From: a virus
Strand: one strand, 5' to 3'
DNA length: 38,030 nt
UHGV virus genome: UHGV-0362136
The position numbers and the translations under genes were made by a program. This document shows, in pieces, positions 24,301-33,223 of this stretch; within the stretch, counting starts at the first letter, position 1; every line of letters starts with the position of its first letter. Below the pieces are notes generated by a model. The model searched no databases. It was given only the letters and a program-made list of their open reading frames with translations, and was not told the origin of the DNA.

Positions 24301-25985
24301 TTCTCGCCGGTGGCGTGGTTGAGGGCGTCTCCGAGCCCGTTGAGGTTTTCACGCAGTGGCCCGAATCCGCCGTCGTTGACCTGCTTCAGTTTGGCGTCGA
24401 GGTCAACGATGCCCATGCTGGCCTGCTTGGACCAGTCGGCCACCGAGCCAAGCTGTCTGTCGATGTCGGCGGCATGGTTGGCGCTGTCTTGATGTCCCCA
24501 GGCGATGGCGAGGGCTCCCAGCCCGGCGGCCACGCCGAACAGCTTTCCCGACAGTCCAGATGTGGACCCCTTGACGCCAGACAGGGCCTTACCGGCTCCT
24601 TCAGTGGCGCCTGCGGCCTTGGTGGCGGCCCCGCCGATGCCGGTGAATGCTCCAGCAATTCCGGCGACGCCGCGCACGGCCTTGAATGCTAGACCAACAT
24701 CCTTGACGGCGCGGGCGACCTTCCCTATCTGACCTGCGGCGATCAGAGATACGCCACCGAACGCGCCGATTTGGAGGATCATGTCCTTCGTGTGGTCCGA
24801 GAGGCCGTTGAACTTGTTGGCGTACTCGGAGACCTTTTGGGCCGCTCGCCCGAGGACTGGCAGGGCGGCCTGCCCGAGACTGATAGCGGCATCCTTGATG
24901 CGGTTGACGGCCAGCTGCATTTGTGAGGCGGTGGTCTGCTGGCGGCGGCCAAACTCCTCCTGCAGGGCCGTGTTTTGCGACCAGCCTTCGCCTGCGGTCT
25001 TAAGGGAGCTTGCCAGCTGGTCTTGGGCGTTACCGGCCCCGGCAGAGGCGCCAGCGAGTCGCTTCATCGCGTCGGTCTGATACTGGCCTTTGATGCCCAT
25101 CTGGTCGAGGAGTTTCGACACATCCTGACCGGATTTGGAGGCCCGACCTAAACCCTCGATCAGAGCGTTTGTTGCCCCGGCAGCGTCGGTCTGCCATGCC
25201 TTTTTGAACTGGGCAGCAGACATGCCGGACACCTTCGCCATGGTTTGCAGGCTTTTCCCACCGGAGCGTACGGCGCTGTCAATTTTGATCCAGTTGCGGG
25301 ACATGGCGGTGCCGCCCGCCTCGGCGTTGATGCCCACCGACGCCATGGCGGCTCCGAACGCCATCACCTGCGACTCGGACATGCGCATCTGCTTGCCGGT
25401 GCCAGAGAGCCGCTGACCCATCTCCACAATGTCACGCTCGGTGGTGGCAGAGTTGTTGCCCAGGTCGACGACGGTAGCGGCGAGCCGGTCCACATCCTTG
25501 GGGGCGGTGCCCATGACGTTCATGAACTGGCGCAGATTGGTGGCCGCCTCCTCCGATGTCATGTTGGTGGCGGTGCCCAGCTTGACCATCGTCGACGTGA
25601 ACTTGGCCACATCCTGCTGTTTTACACCCAGCTGGCCTGCCGCCTCGGCGACACCGGCGATCTCCTGATGCGACACTGGCAGCACGCTGGCGAGGGAGCG
25701 CAGCTGACCTTCGAGACGCGCATACTGGGCCGGTGAGGCGTCAACGGTTTTCTGCACACCTGTCCAGGCGGATTCCCAGTCGACAGCAGCCTTGACAGCC
25801 CCACCAACACCTGCTGTGACAGCCAAACCGGCTTTTGTGGATGCGGATGCCATCCGGTCGAAGGCGGCGCCGTGGGCCTTGACTTGGCTTCCGAGCTGCT
25901 TGGAGGCGGTGGCTGCACGGGCCATGGCGGCGGTGAAGCCGTGCGTGTCGGCGTTCAGCTTCACTGTCACGGTTTTGTCAGCCAC
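21363..25985 (-). CDS. tape measure protein (1540 aa; GTG start)
   Basis: Very long Ala/Gly/Lys-rich helical protein with a TM/glycine zipper segment (GVSLIAAGQIGKVARAV...GIAGAFTGIGGAA). Follows the G/T chaperone genes. GAGGAG RBS. Confidence 0.9.
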   Translation of the reverse strand: MADKTVTVKLNADTHGFTAAMARAATASKQLGSQVKAHGAAFDRMASASTKAGLAVTAGVGGAVKAAVDWESAWTGVQKTVDASPAQYARLEGQLRSLASVLPVSHQEIAGVAEAAGQLGVKQQDVAKFTSTMVKLGTATNMTSEEAATNLRQFMNVMGTAPKDVDRLAATVVDLGNNSATTERDIVEMGQRLSGTGKQMRMSESQVMAFGAAMASVGINAEAGGTAMSRNWIKIDSAVRSGGKSLQTMAKVSGMSAAQFKKAWQTDAAGATNALIEGLGRASKSGQDVSKLLDQMGIKGQYQTDAMKRLAGASAGAGNAQDQLASSLKTAGEGWSQNTALQEEFGRRQQTTASQMQLAVNRIKDAAISLGQAALPVLGRAAQKVSEYANKFNGLSDHTKDMILQIGAFGGVSLIAAGQIGKVARAVKDVGLAFKAVRGVAGIAGAFTGIGGAATKAAGATEGAGKALSGVKGSTSGLSGKLFGVAAGLGALAIAWGHQDSANHAADIDRQLGSVADWSKQASMGIVDLDAKLKQVNDGGFGPLRENLNGLGDALNHATGENLSFLERQEGRFASLVGSAADLSQQSKAQLGKFDEALSGLAGSHAWGDLQRNWEQIADAAKANHISDDKLMSLFPKLQEGLSATAHQLGVTGLSAKDYAGWLRGEVPSAVNRAAVANEKLAKSLGIVPDKKRVQVETIIKGGTHAQVMQLNAELAKVPPKKQSQVLATAKTKGFKAAMAQAKDFEKQAKGLQETTKHGVTVEIKGNTDPGKVHALREQLDGLSKAAAQKVSITAKTKGLDEAKKQLQQLQNTVSTTVTKQGITLKVKATATADLDRLRTKMEQLPKDKQIKVAATAKADGFDAAISRANAFKAEMDGIIQYTKDGVRVRIKGETDAKAVDTLKTDLEALPKEQQLKVAATAESKGFDDASKQLQDLRTQTWSMYSSPPIVVKATMQDGASRDLKILSKEATSVDGKKVLVTASAPGAYGATVQIDGLKYKVDKLDGKNVLIPLGLKNTNGTLSGLQKVDTKAKKVNGRKANVKVGAPGSGNAFNNLLKVSGAANQLGKKRPQVRPSAPTAARTSSQLAKVGSAADSVGRKRPRVATSAPGATRATGQVKSLGSTASRVNGKRVSVSAHANTSGARSALQALTRPLFTTVTATVHTVGSALKGVFHANGGLYERHDAQIAKAGTWRVWAEPETEGEAYIPFARSKRGRSREIATQTVQRLGGAVQWFANGGISGSQARAILNIEARPTGELVDYIQAVQDAANATRARERASRAWWNARRRHSKNEKKLGDALNAAKDKEKEATDKARQAQEALARAAEQAGASMAKDYRVGGSWQDWAASMRQGVEELDLFRWRLARLRNLGLSQDNIDTITAMGPSGLQLAGDVLAGGKKAVNSLNSASNSLKRVSDRLGLVSATHFADGGFSSGSGLRIWGEPETGGEAYIPLSPSKRAQSLQLWQETGRRLGALPAQGSSRPITPPGTAQPGYGAGGLDLSGVHITLSVPGLANAVDAKIIAANRSTARNLVRSTR
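23168..23918 (-). repeat. four tandem repeats of about 63 aa (about 190 bp) inside the tape measure gene
   Basis: Repeat units ...KV.ATAK..GF.......F........TK.GV.V.IKG.TD..KV..L...L..L.K.QQ.KV... recur from about aa 690 to 940. Matching nucleotide repeats are visible (ggtggcagccaccttga.ctgct...). Confidence 0.6.
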
Positions 25986-26009
25986 AGCGTCTCCTCTATG
26001 TGCGGTGTG

Positions 26010-26938
26010 TCACTGGAATTGCTTTGCCCATTCGGTGATGTGTTTTCGGTCGCCGTGGATCCAGCGGCGAGCCCTCTCTGGGTCTGGTTTCTGGTCTGTG
26101 TGGCCGTCGCGTCGTGCCTGGGCCACCTGATCCCGGTCTAGCGCCTGCAGCGATGGGCAGGTGATGGCGGCCGCCGTGTAGTCGGCTGCGGTTTTGCCGT
26201 CATGGCTGGACATGGGGTGGCCACATCCGGGGCACAGGGTGGACTGGTAGTCGTCGAGGGCGTCGAGGATGGCGCGGTCCTCGGGGGTCCACTGTGTCCC
26301 GTTGTCGCGGCCCCAATACACGGTTGGGGGTATCGACCACTCGCGAGCATGGTCGATGTCGCGGCGTATCTGCGGGTCGGCTACCGCCTCACTCAGAAAG
26401 GGAGGTCAATAGTTTCGGTGCAGGCCTCCAGCGCTGCGGCCCAGCAGCGGGACACGTCGGCGGGGGGAAGATTGTCCAGCAGGCGGTCCAGGTCCTCCTT
26501 GGTGAGTCCTGCATCGTTGCCGGTGACGGTTGTTGCGCCGGTGAGGCACTTCTGGGGGAGCCTGGACTGCTCGGCGATGGTGCGCTCCTCGTCGTTGTCG
26601 ATGGTGCGTAGTGCTGTGATGAGGCCGTTCCAGGCGGTGGTGGTGAGCCCGGTGAAGACGAGTCGGATGCTGGATTGTGCCAGGCGATTGCGGGCGTCCT
26701 TTTCGGCCTTGGTGGCGGCGGTTAGTCGCTTCTTGGCGGCGGAAGCTGCGCCGATGGTGCCTCCCGTCTCGTCTGCTTCATCGTCGACGGCGGCCTTGGC
26801 GTCAGTCAGCTCGGCGTCGGCGTCTTTCCAGGCGCGTGCACAGGCTGGGTCTAGGCAGATGTCCACATGTTTCGTGGGACGGTTGGTGCCTGCCACGTAG
26901 GCCTGCATGAGGGTGCGCATGTCGGGGGTTCCAGTCAT
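26010..26938 (-). CDS. tail assembly chaperone G-T fusion produced by programmed -1 frameshift at CCCTTTC (26396-26402)
   Basis: The downstream ORF (26010..26321 in track) is in the -1 frame relative to G. It is open from a TGA at 26406-26408 through the G stop, giving ...PPFLSEAVADPQIRRDIDHAREWSIPPTVYWGRDNG.... The heptamer C CCT TTC sits in the last two G codons. Confidence 0.55.
26393..26938 (-). CDS. tail assembly chaperone (gpG-like)
   Basis: 181-aa acidic protein directly upstream of the tape measure. Ends ...TETIDLPF with slippery site at its last codons. Confidence 0.65.
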   Translation of the reverse strand: MTGTPDMRTLMQAYVAGTNRPTKHVDICLDPACARAWKDADAELTDAKAAVDDEADETGGTIGAASAAKKRLTAATKAEKDARNRLAQSSIRLVFTGLTTTAWNGLITALRTIDNDEERTIAEQSRLPQKCLTGATTVTGNDAGLTKEDLDRLLDNLPPADVSRCWAAALEACTETIDLPF

Positions 26939-27036
26939 GGGGGGAGTTCTCCTATGGGTGCCGGATGAGTGCCAGATGGTGGGGGCGGCCAGGTCTAGGG
27001 TCTGGCACCCAGCGAGCCCTAGACCTGGCCACGATT

Positions 27037-27540
27037 TCAGGAGGCGACAGCGCCGTTGAGGGTGCGGTCGGACACTGACCAGCCGATGTTCATGGTGAAC
27101 ATTTCTCCGTCGTCGGTGGTGAGCTTGCCGGGTGTCTTGGTCTTGACGGTGGCCTTCCAGGCGTAATACTTCTGGCCTGCGACGACGTCAGCCCCTGGCT
27201 TGACGGCGGGAAACTCGACAAGGATCGTGTGGGCGCCCGGCTCGAGTCCGGCGATCACCTTGTCCTCCTTCTGGGGGTCGGTGATGATGATGTCGGTGTC
27301 GGAGATGCCGTAGGTGACAGGGCCGGGACGCTTGGAAGCGGCGCGGCGGCAGATGCGCTTATCCTCAGACTCGGAGGCATCCGAGGAGGTCTCAAAAGAC
27401 TTCAGGGCGCAGGTGATCTCGGTGCCCGCCTTCAGCTCGGTGACGGTTGCGGCCTCAAGCTTGGCGATGGACGGCACGATCATCACCTTGGAGTTCTCGA
27501 TGGTCTCAATGCCCTCGGGGTTGTAAACGCTAACAGTCAT
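27037..27540 (-). CDS. major tail protein
   Basis: 167 aa, begins MTVSVYNPEGIETIEN. Size, position before G/T, and beta-rich composition. Confidence 0.65.
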   Translation of the reverse strand: MTVSVYNPEGIETIENSKVMIVPSIAKLEAATVTELKAGTEITCALKSFETSSDASESEDKRICRRAASKRPGPVTYGISDTDIIITDPQKEDKVIAGLEPGAHTILVEFPAVKPGADVVAGQKYYAWKATVKTKTPGKLTTDDGEMFTMNIGWSVSDRTLNGAVAS

Positions 27541-27543
27541 GGG

Positions 27544-27732
27544 TCACTTCTCCTTTTTCGGGGTGTCGGTCTTGGCGGTACTGTCGGTGCGGGGCTTGGT
27601 TGGGAGTGGGCGGCCCTGCGGGTCGGTGGCGGGATGGTTGGCGAGAATGCGCGCACCGTCTGGGACGGCGTCTGCGGGGACGGTGCGCTGGCAGGTGCTG
27701 TCTGCGATGCGCACCCACTTGGTGTCAGTCAC
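27544..27732 (-). CDS. small Pro/Thr/Lys-rich protein (62 aa), GTG start overlapping upstream stop
   Basis: AAGGAGG is 5 nt before GTG. GTGACTGA overlap with the stop of the upstream gene. C-terminal part of track ORF 27544..28050. Confidence 0.3.
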   Translation of the reverse strand: MTDTKWVRIADSTCQRTVPADAVPDGARILANHPATDPQGRPLPTKPRTDSTAKTDTPKKEK

Positions 27733-28093
27733 GGGGCCTCCTTGTGGTAGTAATGCGGAATTCGTTGGTGCATGTCCAGCACCAGTTGGTGGGGTCTCCT
27801 CGGTCTGCCAGGACGGGGCCTGAGGTGACGTGGGTGAGCCGGTATCCGTCGATGCGCTGTCCGTCGAGGGCGTCGACGACGCGGCGGGTGTAGAGGCGGG
27901 TGCCTGCCGGGTTGTTGGAGACGGCCATGACGTCGACGGTGACATGCCAGAGGGGCCTGTCTCCGAGAGTGGTGGCGAGTCGACAGTCACGCTGGGTGAC
28001 GACCGCGTAGGGGTAGATATTGGGTGCCGGGTGGCGCCCGTCCAGGCCATTGCCGGGGACGAGGGTGACGATGTCGGTGATGACGTCAGTCAA
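27725..28093 (-). CDS. tail terminator / neck protein candidate
   Basis: 122 aa between the gp10-like gene and the major tail protein. Assigned by position only. Confidence 0.35.
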   Translation of the reverse strand: MTDVITDIVTLVPGNGLDGRHPAPNIYPYAVVTQRDCRLATTLGDRPLWHVTVDVMAVSNNPAGTRLYTRRVVDALDGQRIDGYRLTHVTSGPVLADRGDPTNWCWTCTNEFRITTTRRPRD

Positions 28094-28442
28094 GAAGCTT
28101 GCCTCCTATCTGCTCCATGGCTCGCACGAAGCCGGGGGTGACATCGTCGAGGGCGGGGCGCATGAATGGGCGGGCCTCCATGTGGCGGGTGCCCCACTCC
28201 AGGAACGGCGCGTAGTAGGTGGTGGGTCCGATCTCTGCCGACATGCCGCCCGCCGAGGCGGTGGTGTGGATGGATTCACGGGTAGCTCCGGTGTCGACGG
28301 GGCAGCGCTGTTTACCGATGCGTTCCACGTCGAGGGCGGATTTGCGGACTGCCTGGCCTGCCTCCTTGGTGGCCTTGTAGCCGGTTTTGCCGAGGTCTGC
28401 GGTGAGGCTGGTTAGCTGTGTGGTGTCAATCGTGAACGCCAT
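28086..28442 (-). CDS. HK97 gp10-family tail completion protein
   Basis: Motif RCPVDTGATRESIH resembles the conserved PVDTG.LR.SI of the HK97 gp10 family. 118 aa. Confidence 0.55.
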   Translation of the reverse strand: MAFTIDTTQLTSLTADLGKTGYKATKEAGQAVRKSALDVERIGKQRCPVDTGATRESIHTTASAGGMSAEIGPTTYYAPFLEWGTRHMEARPFMRPALDDVTPGFVRAMEQIGGKLLD

Positions 28443-28816
28443 GCTCGCACCAGGTATACCTTTCGGGTGATGGCCCAGGCCTGCTGTTCCATGTCGACAA
28501 TTCTGTAGAAATCTTCGTTGTCGGAGTCGTAGCTGTCGATGACATCGAGCATGTCTCCGACTTGGATGGAGACATTGGGGCTGGTTTTGCAGACGTGGGT
28601 GGCGATGCGGACTGAATCGCCAGCGGAGGTGGATTGACTTGCCTCGCCGTTGATGCGCTGCACAAGGCAGTCGATGGGGGCGCTTCGGTGCATATCGTCG
28701 TACTCCACGCCATCTTCGTCGGTTGATGTGTCGACGGTATGAAAGATGACCGCTTTGTCGGTGTATAGCTGCTCATGCCAGTCGCGGGCAGTATCGATGG
28801 CGCGTGTCAGGTCCAT
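28412..28816 (-). CDS. head closure / head-tail joining protein candidate
   Basis: Start MDLTRAIDTARDW inside track ORF 28412..29143 (whose N-extension overlaps the upstream gene). Acidic protein of about 134 aa at the expected position. Confidence 0.35.
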   Translation of the reverse strand: MDLTRAIDTARDWHEQLYTDKAVIFHTVDTSTDEDGVEYDDMHRSAPIDCLVQRINGEASQSTSAGDSVRIATHVCKTSPNVSIQVGDMLDVIDSYDSDNEDFYRIVDMEQQAWAITRKVYLVRAWRSRLTPHS

Positions 28817-29220
28817 GAGGTGTCCCCCCAGCCGCGATACAGGTCCGTGGTGGGGCTGTAGGCGTGAGGCTGATCCACCTCGATGAGGGCGAACCCTCCC
28901 CGGTGGGTGTCGGCCCAGATGCGGGAGCGGCGTCGCCATGCGGCGGCGGTGGTGCCCCAGTCCTTGGGGGTGACGATCATGGTGGTGCCCTCGGAGGTGA
29001 CGTGGGTGAGCTGGTCGCCTACCAGGGATGCCGCCAGTGTTGCCGCCTCGGCGGCAGCCCACCACTGGTCGTAGGTGGGCTGCCAGTCGGGGTCGCCGGG
29101 TAGGCGTCCATGGTCGTCTGGGATGGCTGAGCTGTCGACGCACTCGGCTATCTGGGAGGAGTCAAGCGCGTCGCCGCCGAGGAGCTCGCTCACGTGCAGG
29201 ATCGCGCTGCTTCTGTCCAC
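28807..29220 (-). CDS. head-tail adaptor/connector candidate
   Basis: GTG start with GGAAGGAG 7 nt upstream (the track start is a TTG further up). Position after the capsid gene. Confidence 0.4.
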   Translation of the reverse strand: MDRSSAILHVSELLGGDALDSSQIAECVDSSAIPDDHGRLPGDPDWQPTYDQWWAAAEAATLAASLVGDQLTHVTSEGTTMIVTPKDWGTTAAAWRRRSRIWADTHRGGFALIEVDQPHAYSPTTDLYRGWGDTSWT

Positions 29221-29322
29221 TGTCGGGCTCCTTCCTGGGCGTCCATCCAAGCTTGGCGGCCAGGTCTGGGGGGCAGGTGACCTGTGTGCCGCCTGGTGTG
29301 GTGAAGGTCACCTTTGCGTCAC

Positions 29323-30222
29323 TCATGCGGCGTTGGTGAGCTTGACGAACTGCTCGGGGGCGACGATGAGGCAGCCGAACTCCGCCTCGGCGAGGATGCC
29401 GACCAGGTTGTTCTGCCACAGCGGGATGAGCTCGCCGTTGATCTTGACGGTGGCCTCGGTGGAGACGGAGTAGGAGATGCCTCCCACCTGTCCCCAGACG
29501 ATCTTGGACCAGTCACCGCCGTAGCCGACGACAGTCTTCTTGTCGGCGGTGGCGACACCGTCGCCGATGAACGCGGAGCGTCCCAGCAGGCGGGCGGATG
29601 CGAGGGCGTTATCCGAGTAGACGGGCTCGGTGAGGAGGGGCCGTCCGGTGGTGTCGTAGGAGCCGTTGAGGAGGGGCTCTGCGGTGGTGTCGAAGGCCCA
29701 GCCGGTGAGCTTCTTGCCGTCGGCGACCATAAGCTGGATGGCAGAGTTGGCGTCGCCGTAGATGCCTCCGTGGGCGGCGTCGGCGGTACCGAGCTCGACA
29801 GCCTTCTTGGTCTCGTCGAGGTTGTGATCGAACGGCGAGTTGACGCCGTGCAGGACGGCGGCATCAAAGGCGAGCGCGAACGCCTCGGCAATGTCAGTCT
29901 TGAACAAATTGACGTAGTTGGCGGGGTTGGCGCGCACGACCTCGGAGGAGACGACGGCGATGGCGGCGATCTTCTTGGGCTCCATCTTGAGCAGCCCAAC
30001 AGCGCCCTCGGTGACGGGCTTCTCGCCCGCCTCAGGGACCCATCCGGCGGTGGGCTTGGAGGTGACAATCGGGATGGTCTCTCCGGAGATGCCCAGCGGG
30101 ACCTTGCGGGCGAGCTGCTGGACAACGGAGCGTTTGGCGGCCTCAGCGAAGAAGTCCTGGGCCATGTGCGGCTGGAGGTATCCAGCAAAATCAGTGGTCT
30201 TGGTGGGGGCGGTGACAGCCAT
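29323..30222 (-). CDS. major capsid protein (HK97 fold)
   Basis: 299 aa, MAVTAPTKTTDFAGYLQPHMAQDFFAEAAKRSVV.... Follows the scaffold gene. Typical actinophage MCP composition. Confidence 0.75.
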   Translation of the reverse strand: MAVTAPTKTTDFAGYLQPHMAQDFFAEAAKRSVVQQLARKVPLGISGETIPIVTSKPTAGWVPEAGEKPVTEGAVGLLKMEPKKIAAIAVVSSEVVRANPANYVNLFKTDIAEAFALAFDAAVLHGVNSPFDHNLDETKKAVELGTADAAHGGIYGDANSAIQLMVADGKKLTGWAFDTTAEPLLNGSYDTTGRPLLTEPVYSDNALASARLLGRSAFIGDGVATADKKTVVGYGGDWSKIVWGQVGGISYSVSTEATVKINGELIPLWQNNLVGILAEAEFGCLIVAPEQFVKLTNAA

Positions 30223-30231
30223 GGGGTCTCC

Positions 30232-30804
30232 TTAGGCGTGACGTCGCCCGACGGCTGCCGTGAGGGCGGCTGCAATCGGGTCGAGGGGGGCTGATGGTGT
30301 GGCGGGGGTGTTGAGGTCGCGTGCGCCTGCGCCGGCGGGCTTCGTCTTGAAGCGGGGGTGGGCGTCGACGAACTCGGTGATGGTGGCGGCGATGTCATCC
30401 GGCGTCGCGTCGGAGATGGCCTCACGGAAGGCGGTGGAGTCGAGGAGGGCTTCCCGGTCGACTCCGTCAGGCATGGACTGGTAGACGGCGAGCTGTAGCT
30501 GTGCCGCCTTGGTTTCTGCCTGGGCTTGGGTGAGCTGCTCTGTGAGCTGCTCGGGGGTGGGCGTCTCGCCCTGGTCGATCCCGAGGGCGGCGGCGAGGCC
30601 GTCGCGCAACTGGGAGAATTGGGCTTCGAGCTGGTGGCGCTTGTCACGCTCCTTGGCTAGGTCGGCGAGGACTGCGCTCTTAGAGCCGCGTCCTTCTGTC
30701 TGTGGCGTCTCGCCTGCGTCGACAGTGGTGCCTTGGCTGTCACCAACCTTAGCAGAATCGTCGGTGGTCTCGTCGATGGCGGTGTTTTCGGTGGTGTCAT
30801 CCAT
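30232..30804 (-). CDS. scaffolding protein
   Basis: Acidic N-terminus, helical QLTEQLTQAQAETKAAQLQLAVYQ core, between head morphogenesis and capsid genes. Confidence 0.6.
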   Translation of the reverse strand: MDDTTENTAIDETTDDSAKVGDSQGTTVDAGETPQTEGRGSKSAVLADLAKERDKRHQLEAQFSQLRDGLAAALGIDQGETPTPEQLTEQLTQAQAETKAAQLQLAVYQSMPDGVDREALLDSTAFREAISDATPDDIAATITEFVDAHPRFKTKPAGAGARDLNTPATPSAPLDPIAAALTAAVGRRHA

Positions 30805-30821
30805 CTCGGATGTCCTTTCTT

Positions 30822-31883
30822 CTAGTCGTCGTGGACTGGTCCGACGTGCCAGGAGTCGCGCCAGTCTTGGCGCATGACCCCGTGCTTGTCGGGTGACCAG
30901 TGGCGTTTGAGGGTGGTCCAGTCGTCGGGTGGGTAGCGGCCGTCGGTCCAGGCTTGGAATCGTTTGGGGCCGAGGATGTCGCGCTGTGTGGTTTCTGGTT
31001 GTGATTGGAACCAGGCGTATCCATCCCCCTCATTGACTGCCGAGTCGGGCTCGTCGATGTCGTCGAACCCGAGCTGGTTCCATGTTTTGGTCAGGGGTAG
31101 GCGTGTGCAGCGGCCTTGGTGGTGGTCGAGGGGCCCTGGCTCGTCGAGGGGGTGGGTTTCGCCGTGGTGGGAGATGCAGGAGGCGCATGTGCGGTGGTCG
31201 AGCTCGGCGTACCACTGCCATCCCTGGAGGATGTCGCGGTTGGCGGCGTGGTGGGCTTGCGCGGCGGCCCTGTAGGCGTCGAGTTGTTCGGTGCGTGCGA
31301 TGACGAGGGCTCGGGCGAGTCCGCCCTCGAAGTGTCCTTGGACGGCTGCGATCATGTGTGCGGCGACCTGTTTTGGGTTGCGACCGAGGGCGACGCCGAC
31401 GGTGAGGGCGTGCTTCATGGCGTCGGTGGCGGCAGCGTTGAGGTACCAGTGGCGCACGGTGATTTGCTGGAGCGTTCGCAGGGTGATCACGTCGATTTGG
31501 CTGGCGTCGACGGAGGCGAGGTTGATGGTGTGGCCTGGTGGTAGCTGTGTGGCGATGAGTGCGTCTTGGTCGGAGGCGGCCTGCTCGATGAGGTGGCGGG
31601 CGGTGGCGGCTGCCGCGTGGTTGGAGGCGGCGAGGCAGTCGGTGAGCCCGTCGGTGGCGATGGCGAGGGCGTCTCGGGCCTTGATGGTGCGGATGGCGGC
31701 GGTGGCTTTCTGGTCGTCGTCGAGTTGTGCGATGGCGAGGGTGGCTGTACGCAGCTCGGATTCAATGGCATCCCAGGTGGAGGCCCAGCGGGCGGCGAGG
31801 AGTCGGGTTTGCTCGTCCTGGATGTGGTCGATGAGGTGGCGCTGGCGTAGCAGCTCGGTGAGGGTGCGCTGGTTAGTTGTCAT
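30822..31883 (-). CDS. head morphogenesis protein (Mu F / SPP1 gp7-like minor head protein)
   Basis: ...ALVIARTEQLDAYRAAAQAHH...WYAELDHRTCASCISHHGETHPLDE... is the Mu F family signature. Follows the portal gene. Confidence 0.65.
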   Translation of the reverse strand: MTTNQRTLTELLRQRHLIDHIQDEQTRLLAARWASTWDAIESELRTATLAIAQLDDDQKATAAIRTIKARDALAIATDGLTDCLAASNHAAAATARHLIEQAASDQDALIATQLPPGHTINLASVDASQIDVITLRTLQQITVRHWYLNAAATDAMKHALTVGVALGRNPKQVAAHMIAAVQGHFEGGLARALVIARTEQLDAYRAAAQAHHAANRDILQGWQWYAELDHRTCASCISHHGETHPLDEPGPLDHHQGRCTRLPLTKTWNQLGFDDIDEPDSAVNEGDGYAWFQSQPETTQRDILGPKRFQAWTDGRYPPDDWTTLKRHWSPDKHGVMRQDWRDSWHVGPVHDD

Positions 31884-33210
31884 AGCCGATGGTGCCGGTC
31901 ATGAGGGCGCGCCCGGCGGCCTGCGCTGACTGTGCTGCAGTGTCGCTGGCCCGCTGGACGACACCGTCGGGGTCTGGTTCGTCGAGGTCGTGGACGATGT
32001 CGACGAGGGCGTATCCGAGCTGCTGCTTGGCCTGGGCGACCTGGAGTTGCTCGAGGGGGTCGAGAGGCATGGGTTCGGCCCACTGGATGCCCGGCTCAAC
32101 ACCAAGGAGCCGCAGGAGGCCGTTCCAGACGGGTTCGGCGTCGCGCTGCCACGCCATGATGGTGGCGGTGCGGCGAGTGGACAGGATGCGCAGCGCCTCA
32201 CCGGAAGGTACGTCGCCGGTGGATTGGGAAAGGTAGTGATAGGGGATGCCGACAACTCTGGCGATCTTCGCGGCGAACGCATCTTGGACTTTGAGTAGCG
32301 GGGTGAGGTCTGGCGGGTCGAAGCGCAGCAGCGGGCCCGGCCCGTTGGTGGCCCAGAACTGTTGCTTGTCGGGGTCGATGCGCCTTTCCTGTGGGGGCTG
32401 GGTGGGGGCGTAGGGGTTGCGGATGTCGTCGATGTTGTGGTTGAGCAGGGCATAGAAGGGGCGGGCGTAGGTCTCGGTGGTGATGATGAGATCGGCGAGG
32501 GCCTTGTTGAGGGCGTCCTGCAGGGGGATGACATCAGTGAGGACGGAGTGCCCGTGGCTCATGTGGTCGTCGGGGTCTCGTTTCCACCAGCAGACGGGCA
32601 CGGTGCCGAACTGGTGGGCGACGATGGGGCCGTCGTTGTCGGTGCAGCCGGTCCAGGCGTCGTCGAGGGCGGGCATGTCTCCGGCGACCTGCTGCTTGGT
32701 GATCCAGCGTTCCAGCCGGTCGGGAAAGTACAGGTTGACGCGCCCGTACTCGTTCTCGGTCCAGATGCGGGCGGCCCATGCCAGCTGTGAGGGATTGTCC
32801 ATGTCGGGCTGGGCGGTCATGGTGGTGGGGTCACAGAAGGTTGGTGTGAGCCCGTTGGGGCCGGGCCAGACGATGGCGTAGGCGTCGCCGTAGACGAATC
32901 CCGCCCGGTCAATGAACCCTTCAAGGCGGGACAGGCCGTGGGTTTTGGCGGTGCCGTCGTTGTCGTGGCCGTCGTCGGTGGTGGTCCACTGCTTGATGGC
33001 TATGCCGTCGGTGAATGCCGTGACGGCGGCGGGGCATAGGTTCTCGCGCAGTGACATGACTGTGTCGGTGAGGAGCTTTTGTGCCTGCTTGGTCTGGTAG
33101 TCGCGTGAGGCAAACTGCAGCTGGTGGTTGCCGCGATAGTAGTCATAGAGGAGGCTGTACGCGTCACGTCGGTTGGCCCATTGGGTGATGGCGTCTGTGA
33201 GGATGCTCAT
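31873..33210 (-). CDS. portal protein
   Basis: 445 aa directly after TerL. Typical portal composition with acidic C-terminus. Confidence 0.8.
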   Translation of the reverse strand: MSILTDAITQWANRRDAYSLLYDYYRGNHQLQFASRDYQTKQAQKLLTDTVMSLRENLCPAAVTAFTDGIAIKQWTTTDDGHDNDGTAKTHGLSRLEGFIDRAGFVYGDAYAIVWPGPNGLTPTFCDPTTMTAQPDMDNPSQLAWAARIWTENEYGRVNLYFPDRLERWITKQQVAGDMPALDDAWTGCTDNDGPIVAHQFGTVPVCWWKRDPDDHMSHGHSVLTDVIPLQDALNKALADLIITTETYARPFYALLNHNIDDIRNPYAPTQPPQERRIDPDKQQFWATNGPGPLLRFDPPDLTPLLKVQDAFAAKIARVVGIPYHYLSQSTGDVPSGEALRILSTRRTATIMAWQRDAEPVWNGLLRLLGVEPGIQWAEPMPLDPLEQLQVAQAKQQLGYALVDIVHDLDEPDPDGVVQRASDTAAQSAQAAGRALMTGTIGYDN

Positions 33211-33223
33211 GGGCCATGTGCTC

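Noticed and set aside
21462-24692. 1076-aa plus-strand ORF
   Set aside because: Antisense shadow of the tape measure gene in high-GC DNA. The product is low-complexity Gly/Leu/Val/Arg-rich with no start context.
26010-26321. Treating 26010..26321 as an independent gene starting at its GTG
   Set aside because: Its frame stays open upstream right to the slippery site at the end of G. Better explained as the T part of a G-T frameshift fusion.
29319-30647. 442-aa Pro/Ser/Thr-rich minus-strand ORF
   Set aside because: Alternative frame over the capsid and scaffold genes. Composition is typical of off-frame high-GC translation.
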